Assembly: GCF_021869535.1 (NCBI RefSeq)
Contig: NW_026262723.1
Location: 40,424,001-40,488,000, forward strand
Direction of reading: 5' to 3'
Length of the DNA stretch: 64,000 bases
From: Mytilus californianus
Lineage: Eukaryota
The notes under the pieces are model-generated. The model saw only the letters and a list, made by a program, of their open reading frames with translations, did no database searches and was not told the DNA's origin. How positions within the stretch are numbered: position 1 is the stretch's first letter; each line of letters begins with the position of its first letter. This document shows positions 1 through 12,800 of this stretch, piece after piece. The position numbers and the translations under genes are program-made.

Positions 1-3000
1 TCAGGTCTATGTTCCAACAGACAGAACACAAAGCTAACATAGTTATACATGGGGGGTAAGTCCTGATATACTATGACTATTAACTGTTAAAATTTTTAAG
101 CATGATGAAAGTTAACATTCCAAACATATTTCAAGGAACGCATTGCTACATATATGTTTATGCTAAGTTTATAATCCAATAGGCTTTATGAACACATTGG
201 CAACATACTACTGTAAATTCAGAAATTATTGCGTGCATTTATTATTGCGATTTTGTCATTTTAGACGAAAATGCGATTTTAATTTTTGCGATATTGAGAA
301 AAATCCTGTTTAATTCATATAAAAAATTTCAAAATGCGAGTTTAAATTAATGCGATTATAACCCTGTCGCATTTTTCGCAATAATAAAAACATCGCAATA
401 ATTTCTGAATTTACAGTACATATGAAATATATTTTTCCAGCAGACTTTGATTGCAAAGCTTTCAATCTTACACATGTATACAATATATTCATCACATTGT
501 TACACTGTGGTAATTCTAATTCATGCTATGGGTACCATATTTTTTTCTTTGGATATTAGCGCTAGCATTTCATTACAGATCTCAAGAAAGTCTACCAAAG
601 TTTCCATCTTTTGTATGTATCTTACATCAAGCTATGCTTTATTTTTCAGCTGATGATTGTGCCCAGTATTATTGGCACTTGGTGGATGGTAGGTTTAGCC
701 AAGACAAAGCTACAGACATTTATAGCATGGATTTTTGGATTTGCCTTGATATCATTATTTACTACATCTAGTCTGTTTCATCTTTTTGCATTTATGGGAC
801 AGTTCAAGTAAGTAGGATAGAGAATCAAGTGACTCTTTTCACCATAACAATTATGATTGAAATAGATTGTAAATAATACTGAAATGTTCATACTTTACAA
901 TATGAAAATAAGGAGATGAGGTATGATTGCCAATGAGACATATATCCACCAAAGTTCAAATAAAGTGGGTGTAAGCAATTATAGGCAACCGTACTGCCTT
1001 CAAGTATTTTTCCAAAGATCTTTTACGAATTTAAAAGGTCCATCGGGTTAAAAGCAAATCTCTCAGCGCTCCTGTTTTCTTCATACCTCCCTCGCACGAC
1101 ATATTATAAATAAACAATAGCAAGTGAGAGGTATGGTTTGAATCAGACTGTCAAAAGGTGGATTTGTAAATGATGGTTTTAACAACAAGATGGAATTTTT
1201 TTAGTAACCTCTCTGTGTTAGGCTAAGCCATGAGATGATAGATGATTTGAGAAATTAATTTTCTGCAGTATTGAAAAGTACCATTCATTTATTTATCATA
1301 TACATTTGTATTTGGTTCTTAAAAGATGACTTGATGAAGAACAAAAAAAAAACCTGTGGTACAAATGTCTTATATAGCCAATAACAAGAGTGAATTCACC
1401 ATACCTCTGCACTATACATTGCTAAAGCCTTCAGTATATATTTAAAACAATTGCAAGAAGTCTTGGTATTAAAAGACTTTGAGGCATCTACATGACTTTT
1501 TTGTTAGCTAGGAAAGTGTTGCTAGTTTATTATATAGAAGAAAAAAGTCTGAATAAGGACCCATCGGTAGCAATAAAAATGTATTGTCTTGATTGAACAC
1601 TGTTTCAGCACTGCACATGCATGTTTTAAAAAAAGGTCTTTTTTTCACTTTTTATCTTTTCAGAACACTTAAATATATATTTCACATAGGAGATAGAGCA
1701 GTTATTTATTTGTTTATTGCCTCATCATATACTCCATGGTAAGTTTACAAAAGTACACTTGAACTGTAACAAAAAAAATAATTCTGCCCATTAATTTTTT
1801 GCCTGTGAAAAAAAGAAGACATGAAAGGTATGTATTACTTTTGGAAGTATTGTTACTGAATTTTCTTACACAGATATATCTAATAGCTGTTATCCAATGC
1901 AGTAGATTTGCAAGACTGGGATCCAGTAGCAATATATGGTACACTAAAGGAATCATGTGGTACAGGAAATTGCACTCATGACCTTTTATTCTTCTTTATT
2001 GTTTACTTAGTAGTAAATACAGATAAATTGTATGTGTAGTACAATCATTGGCAAGCATGCTGTATCAGCCATCCGTGATGATATCGATATCAGCACGGTT
2101 GCAAAGGCTTTATCACACCTTTAATCTGTATGACGACATGTCATTGATTGCAGTCACTGTTGCAAAGGCTTTATCAAACCCTAATCTGTATGACGTCATG
2201 TCAAACCTCTAACTGTATGACGTCATTTCAAATCCCCTTATATGTATGACATCATGTCACATAAAAAACATCTACTTGAGGTATATGTATATAATAAAGT
2301 GTATATGATATGTCTTTTTCAATATCGCACACCGTATCTACCCTCAACCAATATAATCCCTCGAGCAGAGTTCCTCGGATTATATTGGTGTGTCGAGTTG
2401 ATACGGATGTGATATTGAAAAAGCCGTATAATATTCTCTATATATGGAAGTGGTTCCAAGATAAGAGCAGTATTGGGTGTATGGGGAAATTCTGTGATTG
2501 TTTGAGGTGTAAATAGTTGCAAACACATGTACTTTTACATTTTGGTTAATCTTTTAATGAATTTCTGGTAGAGGGTGGAATCACACAGAAGACTTTGATT
2601 TAATATACTTGTTTTATGATGATCAGTACCTCTTGAGAGGGTCTTAATAACAAAATGACTATTGTATTACAAAAAAAAAAAAAATTGGCAGTTTTGTCTG
2701 ATATTAGGTTAAGGAAGTGCTGGTATTAAAAGTGTATATTTTATTTATATTTAGGTTAACATTAAGAGAATTTAACGGTATTGGAGATGAAGTGTTAAGT
2801 ATTGTGTGGACAATGGCGGTAGTTGGAATACTCTATCAATATATATTTCATGAAAAGTAAGTCATGTATTATTTTTAGACCCCTGCTTTAATTATTGCAA
2901 ACATGAATTTTTTTTATCACACATCACAAATTTTGTTTAGATGCCCATGTTGTATTTTTTACACATAACGTCTAGCTATCAGTGTTCCAGCTTGATCGTT

Positions 3001-6000
3001 TTTACAGGGCGGTCTCACCCACCCTTTCCCAACTTATGCCCTTTTTAAGACAGCCCACCCTTTTTGGAAGTCCATGCATTTATTGTATTATTTTGATGAA
3101 AATACTATAATTCTTCCTGTCTTCATGTTTCTGACAAGTTTATGACCCTCAGCTAATTAACATTTACAGCAGGTGTTATAAGTTGTGATTACAGGTTATT
3201 TGCTTATCTCCATCGGATGGGTCACTAATCCGTTAATTAGTAAATCTCTGACTGTTAATGACGTCTTTACACTAAATCCATTGGATGTTGGATGTGTACT
3301 GATTGATATTTTAGTCTTAGATACATGATTTTTTTATCAGTTGTTATTGGCTTTGAACTTGTTGTGAGTAACTGCCGTACTCTCAGATCTGTACTTAGTG
3401 TCGTTTTTGTTGTTAGGGATGAGGGATGGATAAATACCCTGCCAAGGCTGGTCTATGTTTGTGTTTGATGTTTTTCTGCTTTGTATCCATCTGATGAGTT
3501 AAGCCTTTTTCAAATGATTTTTATGGTTTGTTCTTATGTTGTGCTGTAACACCACTGTCCCAGGTTAGGGGGCGGGCTGAGCGCTCACAAACATGTTTAA
3601 CCCGCAACATTCTTTATGTGCCTGTCCCAAGTCAGGAGACTGACTTTATTTGAACTTTGGCGGATAGTTGTCTCATTGGCAACTTTGGTGGATAGTTGTT
3701 TCATTGGCTATGGTACCTCATCTCCTCATTTTTATACTCATAATTGACCACCATAATTATTTTTCCAAGTAAAACCAGTCGGCATTTCAATTTCAATATT
3801 TCTCAAATGACCACAATTTGCAGTTCCTTGACCCATTCATGTTTTCGTAGTTTTGTCAATTGAACAAAACTGTTTTTCCCTGGACAGTTCGCATTTCAAT
3901 TTCAAAATTTCTCAAACGATCACTATTTGCAGCTTGTTTGACGAAGTTTCCTGATATGAACGTCTTTTTGTCACATTTTATATAATCTTTCGACAATTTT
4001 GATTAAAAAGATAAAACTTTATTCAAAACGTTAAAAAATATTTTCATGAGTCAAACAGGTGCTTTCTTTATCACGTACTGTGCATGCGTGGAAGTATTCT
4101 TATAAATTTAATAGACACTAAAATGTAAAATACGAAATCATTTAGTATCAAATTAATTGAGAGAGACAAATATATTTCTTACTGAGCAACTTAAAGTAAA
4201 AAAAGGATAATTTCCTGCCTTTTTGTTAAACAGGAACCAATCAAAGATGAATCCGGATTCATTCTGAATTTATTATCCTCTTGTCACTTCCCGTTTTCAT
4301 TTCGTTTAAAAATCGAAAGTAAAAGTGATCTATTCTTGATAAATTTGAAATATACTGTCATTATGATCATTCCATGTTGATAAAAATGAATTCCAAATAT
4401 CGATTTAAACGTTTTTACAGGGATAATGATTATGCAGTGAATTTCATTTATGCTGTGATTCCTGGTTTTAAAAAAGAGGAAATCAACTTTTGTTGATCAG
4501 GAATGTCCCCTGAAAATAACTGAATTTTGAAATAAATTTCCGGATCCTTGTTCTAATCTTCATATTTTAGCATCACACCAGTCAAATCATGCAATAACTG
4601 CCTACATTTGTAGCTTCCTAAGGCCTTCAAAGACCCTGTAAGGCATATGTATAGCTAGTAATATAAGTCCTTGGTCCTTGCTGTTACCCAAAATAAGGTT
4701 GATTTTAAAAGTGACTAAAGCCCTCAAAGTCCTAGCTGAAACCCTGCTGTTTACATAATAAAAGACAATGTTTGACATGCACTTTTTGAATTATCAATCA
4801 GCATGCTAAGTGCCCTTTTCATGATTGGCTCCCTGTCCTTTTGAAATCCTAGCTGGAACACTGGCTATATATGATTGAGAAATCATAAATTGTCTTTGTA
4901 AACCCAAAGTATTTGTTTATTTGGGAGTGTGAAAAAGTTAACATACTATTTTTCTAAAAATAGCAAAAAATGAAAATAGTACAATGTACTTTAAATGAAA
5001 TGAAAAATGAATTAATTGTCAGCAATTAAATTGTTCCTTTTTTCTGATAAGGAACACACTGTTTAATTTCTTTTCTCTTTTTCATTTTCAGGTATAAGAT
5101 ACTTGAATTATTGCTGTATTTAATAATTGGTGTCTGTCCTGCTATTGTTGTCTGTTTACAAGTAAGTAATGTATGAATTGTACATTTTCATATCTTTTTA
5201 TTAAGAACATAGATGAAACAGCTAAAACTCTATAAGGAAGGATCTTATTCATATTCATGTGACAAAGAAGTCCATTTATCAAGCTTTTTAAAGGCACAAA
5301 AATCAAGTGTGACTTGTGCACATATGGGTCAATATCCCAATGCGTCTAAAAACTCAAAAATATTGCGTTAACAAAAAATCTCTCTGCAGTGATATTGGAC
5401 AATTTTCAATTTTTAACAAGTGACTGAGCTTTAACCATTTGTGCTGTTTTGGAGAGCATAAGACCATAGAATAAAGGTGTAAAAATATGGAGTTATTATT
5501 AAATGTATGCAAAGAACTAAATTTTCAAAGGACTTATTGAGTGAAAAAAGGGATTTTTTACCTCAAGAAGGCACATCACAAAAGGCTTTTCAGGGTATCC
5601 TAAATTACAGAAAACTTTATCTCACTTCATACCCCAAATTTAACCACATATGAAAAAATGTCTCAGCTTTGAAACGAGCCATCATACATGTCCGAAGTTT
5701 ACAATATGGGCAGAGGAATTTAGGAAAAGGCTACCATTACCGCCTACTGAAATGAATTGCACATCTTTACTCATATGTCAAAGTATTTAAGTTTTTGAAT
5801 TAGGTTGGATTTTGTTTGTCTTTTGTCATTTTAGTGTGCCAATGATTTTTAAGAAAATTATGTCATTGTTATCTCTCTCTCTAAATGAAATGTAATGATT
5901 CCTTGACATGTATTTTAAAAGAACTGAAGTAGAACAAAGTTATATAGAAAGATCAAAAAGATTAGAACTCATTGTATTTAAAAAAGTTGAAGAACTTGAA

Positions 6001-6867
6001 AAGAGGCTTTGAAAAACTATTAACTCAAAGAAAGACAAACCATTGCTAAAAGAAAAAAAAGTTGAGCATCACTAACCACACAAGATAAATATGGAATATA
6101 CTGTAAATTCAGAAGTTATTGCGAGGTTTTTATTATTGCGAATAATGCGACTGGGTGATAATCGCAATAGTAAGAACTCGCATTCTGATATCTGATACAT
6201 ATAAGTGTATGTAGATTTTCCCGAAATTGCTATAATAAATCTCAAATTTTTGTCATTTCTTAAAAAATCGCAATAATAAATGCATGCAATAATTTCTGAA
6301 TTTACAGTAATGTATGCATATTTTGCATCATGGGAAATAGTAGCTTATCTATAAGCATATTCCACATAAATGTGACACAGTATTTAATCCATCAGAATTT
6401 ACTATTAATGATTAATTATTGGTTGCTTAATGTCTATTGTCAAATAATTCATGCAAATTCTTGACAAGAACAAGCTAAAAACTTATGCATAATCAAGACC
6501 TGAAAAGTTTGTACACGACGATAAATGTTGGAATAATTTTAAATGAGCCATTTGAAACCTCTCTTTCTTAGTGTTTTTTTCATGAATAGTTCAAACTTTC
6601 TGAATAAAAATTATATATAATCTTAAAAAATCATATATATATATATCCATATTTCTTTTACAGAGACAAGCAGCTGGAATGTTTGAATTAGCCTTAGGTG
6701 GAGCTACTTATATATTAGGTGTTGTTTTCTTCAAAATGGATGGCCGGATGCCATTTGCACATGCCATTTGGCATTGTTTTGTTGCTGGTGGTGCCCTCTG
6801 GCATTACTATGCTATCTGTACTCACCTGTTAGGCCATGACCATGATGAACTTGCTATGCATTTATGA
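1..6867 (+). CDS. MMD: Monocyte-to-macrophage differentiation factor (MMD/MMD2, PAQR/hemolysin-III family) membrane protein, 5'-partial, exons 2-7
   Basis: Exons with GT-AG boundaries and compatible phases: <1-55 ([14 protein letters not shown], frame-disrupted, see findings), 650-807 (LMIVPSIIG...[10 protein letters not shown]), 1664-1738 ([25 protein letters not shown]), 2755-2856 (LTLREF...YQYIFHEK), 5092-5161 ([23 protein letters not shown]), 6664-6867 ([51 protein letters not shown]...HL*). The motifs DRxxIYxFIAxSYxPW and [22 protein letters not shown] are diagnostic of MMD/PAQR10-11. MMD versus MMD2 cannot be resolved by eye. Confidence 0.93.
209..418. mobile_element. MITE with ~25-bp terminal inverted repeats and TA ends
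   Basis: TACTGTAAATTCAGAAATTATTGCG ... CGCAATAATTTCTGAATTTACAGTA. A related copy lies at 6099-6309. Confidence 0.85.
2070..2260. repeat. Short imperfect tandem repeats in MMD intron 4
   Basis: ttgcaaaggctttatca..cc..taatctgtatgacg twice, plus tgtatgac(g/a)tcat units. Confidence 0.6.
3180..3735 (+). repeat. High-copy interspersed repeat, partial copy (family also at 38860-39680, 48710-49035, 52898-53890)
   Basis: Shared blocks atccattggatgttggatgtgtactgattgatattttagtc, ctgatgagttaagcc, ccactgtcccaggttagggg and the terminal gtctcattggcaatcataccacatct motif. Confidence 0.8.
6099..6309. mobile_element. MITE, same TIR family as 209-418, opposite orientation, diverged interior
   Basis: TACTGTAAATTCAGAAGTTATTGCG ... 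GCAATAATTTCTGAATTTACAGTA, in MMD intron 6. Confidence 0.85.
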
Positions 6868-9800
6868 TGAAGGTTTCTTTTAGATACAGATTTATTTAAT
6901 GTTATGTTGGTTTGTACATTGTATCTCTCAATCATAAGGGTGATTTTTTGTTTTAGTATCTTTTCAACATTGTTGCAATGCTATTTTTTTCCCAACATTT
7001 ACGTGTTTGTATATTGTCTTTAGCACTTTGTATTGTTATAGTAATCTAAACTGTTATGAAAGTCTGATATTGACCTAACAGAAGAATTTTTTTTGAATGT
7101 CAGTAAAAAGGTCTTTCAAGTACAATCATGAGTGGAGAATGCTTTCCTGATTAGTTTATTTGGGGCTTCAGTAGGGTGATCCCCTTAGGTCACAAGGTCA
7201 TGTCTAAAAATTGTTACATGTCACCAGGTCACTTTTAAGCATATAAAACCATAAAATATAAGGGTTTTGAACATTTCAAAGGTCACAGGTCCTTTTAAAT
7301 GAGACACCAGGTAGCAAGGTTGGTAACAAACCACCCCAAGATCATAGGTTGGATTTGACCTTGTTTGAGCCACCTTTATGTTCTGTCATACAGGTTAGCA
7401 TAAATCCACTCATGATCCTGTTAACGTTTTTTAACAATTATATTACATGGCAAGTACAGCAAGACTATGTCACAGATGAAGCATGAATTTGCCATAATGA
7501 TTTTATTGATCTATTAGTTTATTTGTTAATTGTTTGTGAGGTTTTTTTTTCATGACTAGAATATTTTTAGATAGGAAAAGGATTGTTGAAGCAGGTCTTT
7601 GTACTTTTTCCTTTATTGTGATATTTTTGTTGCCAGTATTAGTTTATTTGCTTACCTGGTCCAAAGGATCATTAGAGCAAGTGATTAGTTTTTGTTACAT
7701 TACATGTCATTGAATATAACTGTAAAGTTGTATACTTATACTCTTTCACACTATGATGTTTAATCCGGGTCGACCCCAATTACTTTATTCCTGTTAAATA
7801 TAAGTAGTGGTAACCTTGGGCAAAATTGGATTAAAAATGGGGCGAACATGGATTAATTGCCTTGCCTAAATGGAGTTAATGTGAGGTGAAACACCAGAAT
7901 CAGTTACAAGCCCCCAAAAATGCAGTCTTATGAGAATGAGGAGGACAAGAGCAAGAAACTAGCTATCTCTATATTGGGAGATAGCAAGATACAGGATGCT
8001 ATGTATTCACAATTATGGAAAGGATATGAATGATGACTAGGATGATTCAGGTTTTGTCTTAACTACTAAGGAGTCCACAAAAGAATTTCAGACTATGAAC
8101 TAATGCAACTGTTGTTCAAAGAATATAACAACTTCAGTGGACAGATGTGTGTAACAATTTAGCACATGTATACATATATTTTGTTGAGAGGGGGAAAATT
8201 CCACATAGCAGTAATTTACAAGTGTGAACCCTTGCAATTAATTCGGGTAAACTATTTTGTATTTGACCCGGAGCATGTTTCATAGTGTGAACAGGGTATT
8301 TGCCTTCCTTCCTAAACATTCTAAGAAATTGTTGATTTTATTTTTAAAATCACATTATGAAAGTCATCTGTCAGTGATAGTTATTATTATTTAAAGCTTG
8401 ATCTCCATACAGTTATTTAGAATTTGATCTCCAATTTTTCATACAATTAGTTAAAGTTTGATCTCCATACAGTCTACATTAATACTAGGTAAGCAAATAC
8501 AGATTCAAATGAGCCTCTGATATCAAATGTCCAGAGAAAATGACCACATTTTATATGTTTTACTGTGATAATTTTTTTGAGCGTTCTCTCTGTTTATTTT
8601 GATAAATATATTATCTGTACCATGACTGTGGGATGATTTTAGTGCAAGTTTAAATTATTGACAGTTGCAGATGACAAAGCAAAAGAGATTTTGCATGGAC
8701 CAATTGAATTACAAGTATTTGAAATTAACAAAAAAGTATTTGAAGATATGACATCACTTTTGGACTGCTTATTTTGCATTCTTTTTGAAAACAAATTCTC
8801 CCATGACAGGGCAACTGTCCAAAAACAATCTGAATTAATACACGTTTAGCATGTAACAAATAACCTTCAAGACTGGTGTAGTTTACCATACTTAGAATCA
8901 TTGGCTTTGCTATTCTAGGGTACTGTTAGTTGATTATAATGATCATTAAACAATGATCATAAAACATTTTAGATCTACTGATTTGTTGGACTTCTGTCTT
9001 TTCTTTTATGATAATGTAATGCTAACATTTATTTGGTTATAAAAATCCATCATAGTCAAAATATATTTTTTAATTTTCTTTGATAAATATTCCAACATCT
9101 GGTGTCATTAGATGTAGCAAGAGAGTTTGTGCCATGAGAATGCCATAATATCGATAGTTATGCCATTAAAAGTTTTTGACCAAAGGCAAAAGATGAAAAT
9201 TCCGATTTTTTTTTGGAATTTCCTTAAAATACATTTTATTGATATTGATAATGATGGGAATTATAATTTACCCATACAAATCTTGTTTAATTTTTTTTAG
9301 TTACATCATTTATATGACCATCAAAGTTGTATGTAATTTTTGCAATAGTTTTTGTCAGTCAGACATATATACTATATATTTCTAAACTTTAATAACATGA
9401 CATAGTTTTACCTTTTGTAAACAAATTATTAGAGATGAATTGAAACCTTTTCCCCAAAAAACATGTTCTGTGAATCATATCTGGATTGATTTTAATAACA
9501 TTTGTATTATTTTGCTATCTGAAGATTGAAAACTGCAATGATTTATAAAAGTTTTTGTCATGATAAAGGCATAATAATAAGGTAAGTCCTGTGCAATTAA
9601 AAACCTGAAAAGTTTAAAGTGTTCAAGTTATAAAGCCAATTTTTTTTCACTGATTGTATTTTGTTTTAGAATTATAATTTATAAAAGTTGGCCATGGTGT
9701 TTATTCTCTGCTGTTCTTAATCATATACATTTTACAGTTCATATTGTTTTTTTCCTCTTTTTTTTGAACATTATATTTATGACAATCAAATGACAGTTTT

Positions 9801-12800
9801 CCTGTGTGTTCGTCTTTTGTTTTTGTAACTTCAAAGTACATTTTTGTAATTATGCATCGAACAAATAATCTTCAAAAATGATTTTTAGTTTCTGATTAGA
9901 AGAGTAGCCATGACAAAATGAACAAAATGTATGTGAAAAAAGAAAAAAAACTACTGAAAATTATTCTATATGAGTTTCGTTGTAAACCTCTGTGTTATTT
10001 TTAATTTTCAATTCCTTTTTTTATGATACTGAGTCTTTCTTAAAGTCCATAAAGTTCTTTATATTTTGTTCATTTGATGAAGAATCCATCAATAAAATAA
10101 TCAATATGCTGACAGCTATATCTGTTTGTGGATTCCCTCATTTTTGTTACTGAAAATCAAGCATTTTTGAAATTTTATTAAGAAAAGAGACTGGCACAAG
10201 GATTTCGTTCTGAAATCTGTAAATATTCAGATATTCATTCAAAATTTAAAGATAAAAGAAATGATTTTAATTGCTGAATTTTACATAGTAAAAAAAAATC
10301 ATGAAGCAAACTTTATATTTTAGATAGATTCCAGTTATACTGCATTCTGCAACTGGTTCCACATTCATCTCTTACAACTCTGTACAAATCTTAAGCTAGT
10401 AAATTTGAGATTGAGGGAGAAGAAAGGTTCTAAATCTTAATCCAACTCTTCATTCTTTCTCCTCCATTATATAAAATATGGTTCAATCAAACATTATCTA
10501 TTTCTATCATTAAAACAATTTTTCGTCATTGCAAATAACACCTATTGATGAATTTCTGCTAAATGGCTCAAGTTTTTTTAGGAGGTTATGTATACGTATT
10601 TCTCTGAATATTGAAATACTCATATTAAGTTAACAGACAATATTGTAGTCATGTTTTTTTTTTAGATTGAAAGCAATTGAAAAATTAATAAAGTTAGCAT
10701 ATAGTTTTTTTTAGGTTTCTTAATAGTGCTTTTTTACTCATCATAGATTTTTGTTGTGATTGTATAGTATATACAATGTTACTTAAGGTGTTGTTTTTTT
10801 AGGACCATGTAGATTATTTATTCCAATGCAACATAGATCAAGATAACTGTTGTAAACTAGTAATTTTGATGCATGTCAAAAGGAGAATATACAATTATCT
10901 TAAAGGGGTTAAGGGAGAAAACTCTTTAATTAGTAACTAGTGATGTGTTTTGTCATAGGTCATATTCACCATGTTTTTTAATCATTCATGTGAAACAGAA
11001 TTATTAATCAATCAGCGTTACTTAGAAGCTTAGAACATGTTTTTTTTTGGAAAATCTAGGTCTACCTCCTTATTTCAGTTGTCATTAAATAGTATCTTAT
11101 TTGCTGATTATAAAAAAAAATATACAAAAACTAATATTTGACAGACACTTAGTTTGTCCTTACAGAATACCTCTGTCACAAAAGACCACAGATATGTTCC
11201 ATTTATTGCAGTCACAATCCAATCCTCTTCTCTTTGTTCATGACTAATCACTAGATTTTTTATTGTCATGAGGTAATATTTGAGGGCACTAGTGGCTCAG
11301 GAAATGCTGACCATTTTGAGAACTCAGTTCCCCCTGGCATTTGTATGGTTTGTGGTGGTTAATTTTAAATTTTCTGTATATTGTTTTATTGTTTTTGTAT
11401 TTTATAGTGACCATGGTGTATTTACAAAAAAATGTATACCAAATATTTAGAATAATTTCATTGATATAGATATAATGTAAGTGTACCTAGAATGCATATG
11501 TTAACCAAACTACTTATAGAAGAAATTGTCACATGGATGAGATTGTGTACACATATTCATTGCTGGTAATTTCCTGAAAATGATCCAGTTTACAGAATAG
11601 GATATCTCATTACCAGAATGTGTAAATTTTTGGACTGGCTTTTTTTGAACATTGACCTCATAACTTTATTCTGAAACTGTTACTTAAGTTGTTTTTGGTG
11701 GCACTGAGTTTATGCATAAACTGTAAGGTCTTAATAAGTTTTTTTAGTACACATTGTGTTTTTGTTTCAGTTATTTCATATTGTTTTTCAGTAATTAATG
11801 ACCTTGGGGTCTTTTCAATTATTTTGATAGAGTGTATTTGATATACATGTACAGACCTGATATAATATTTGAAATTTTGCCTTAAACAGCCTTTTATACA
11901 AGTGCTTACATTCTTTTGCCAATTGCTTGTAAAAAAGTCTAGCAAGTAGAAAATGTTTTATGAAAAATATTTGTATGGATTCAATTTATTTACATTATAT
12001 ATTCAATTATTTGAATATAATTTTTATAAAAATAAAAAAATCACCTATAGTGAAAAGTATTACATGTTGTACATGTATTTACTTAACATGCTTAAAATTT
12101 GAAATTGCCCAAATATATTTTGTAGTCAAAAACTTATGTTTATTTTCAATTACTACAATGATTAATAGTAAATGATAAAATTTTTAAGTCATTTCAATAT
12201 TATAATATTGGTGCTTACTTAATGATTTTTGTAAAACTACCTTCATTAAATGGATAGTATGAATCTGTAAAAGGAGCAGGGCCATGAAGGCCTCAATTTG
12301 GCCCTAAAAATGTACCTCACAAGATATTATCTATAAATCAATGTTTACAATCTAATATATGCATATTTAGATCAACTAGATGTTTTTCTCTCTACTGTTT
12401 GTTTTTGACAAGTTTCGCAATTTCAAAGGTATGATATTTTACAAGTTTTGAACCATTTTTTCAGTTTTACTGCAATTTTAAGGTCTATTTCCCTTTTAAA
12501 ACACATTGGCCACACCCTTCTACCAAATTTGTTATAAACCAATGTATATGGGTGAGAAACCCTTCCAAACAAAAAAAATATGGTGGATCCATGAATATGG
12601 TCAATGTTGTCCGAAGCAAAAACTCAAAATTTAGTAAAAAAAATAGGCAAAATTATGATTTTCATTGTTAGAGTTCACAATTATGACATCATGTATGACA
12701 TCATTACTGTTGTAATATGTCAGAGCTAATTTAATTTGCAATTGTCAGATGTTTACTTTAACTGCTGATATAAAATTTCATGGGCCAGTATTGAACCTAC

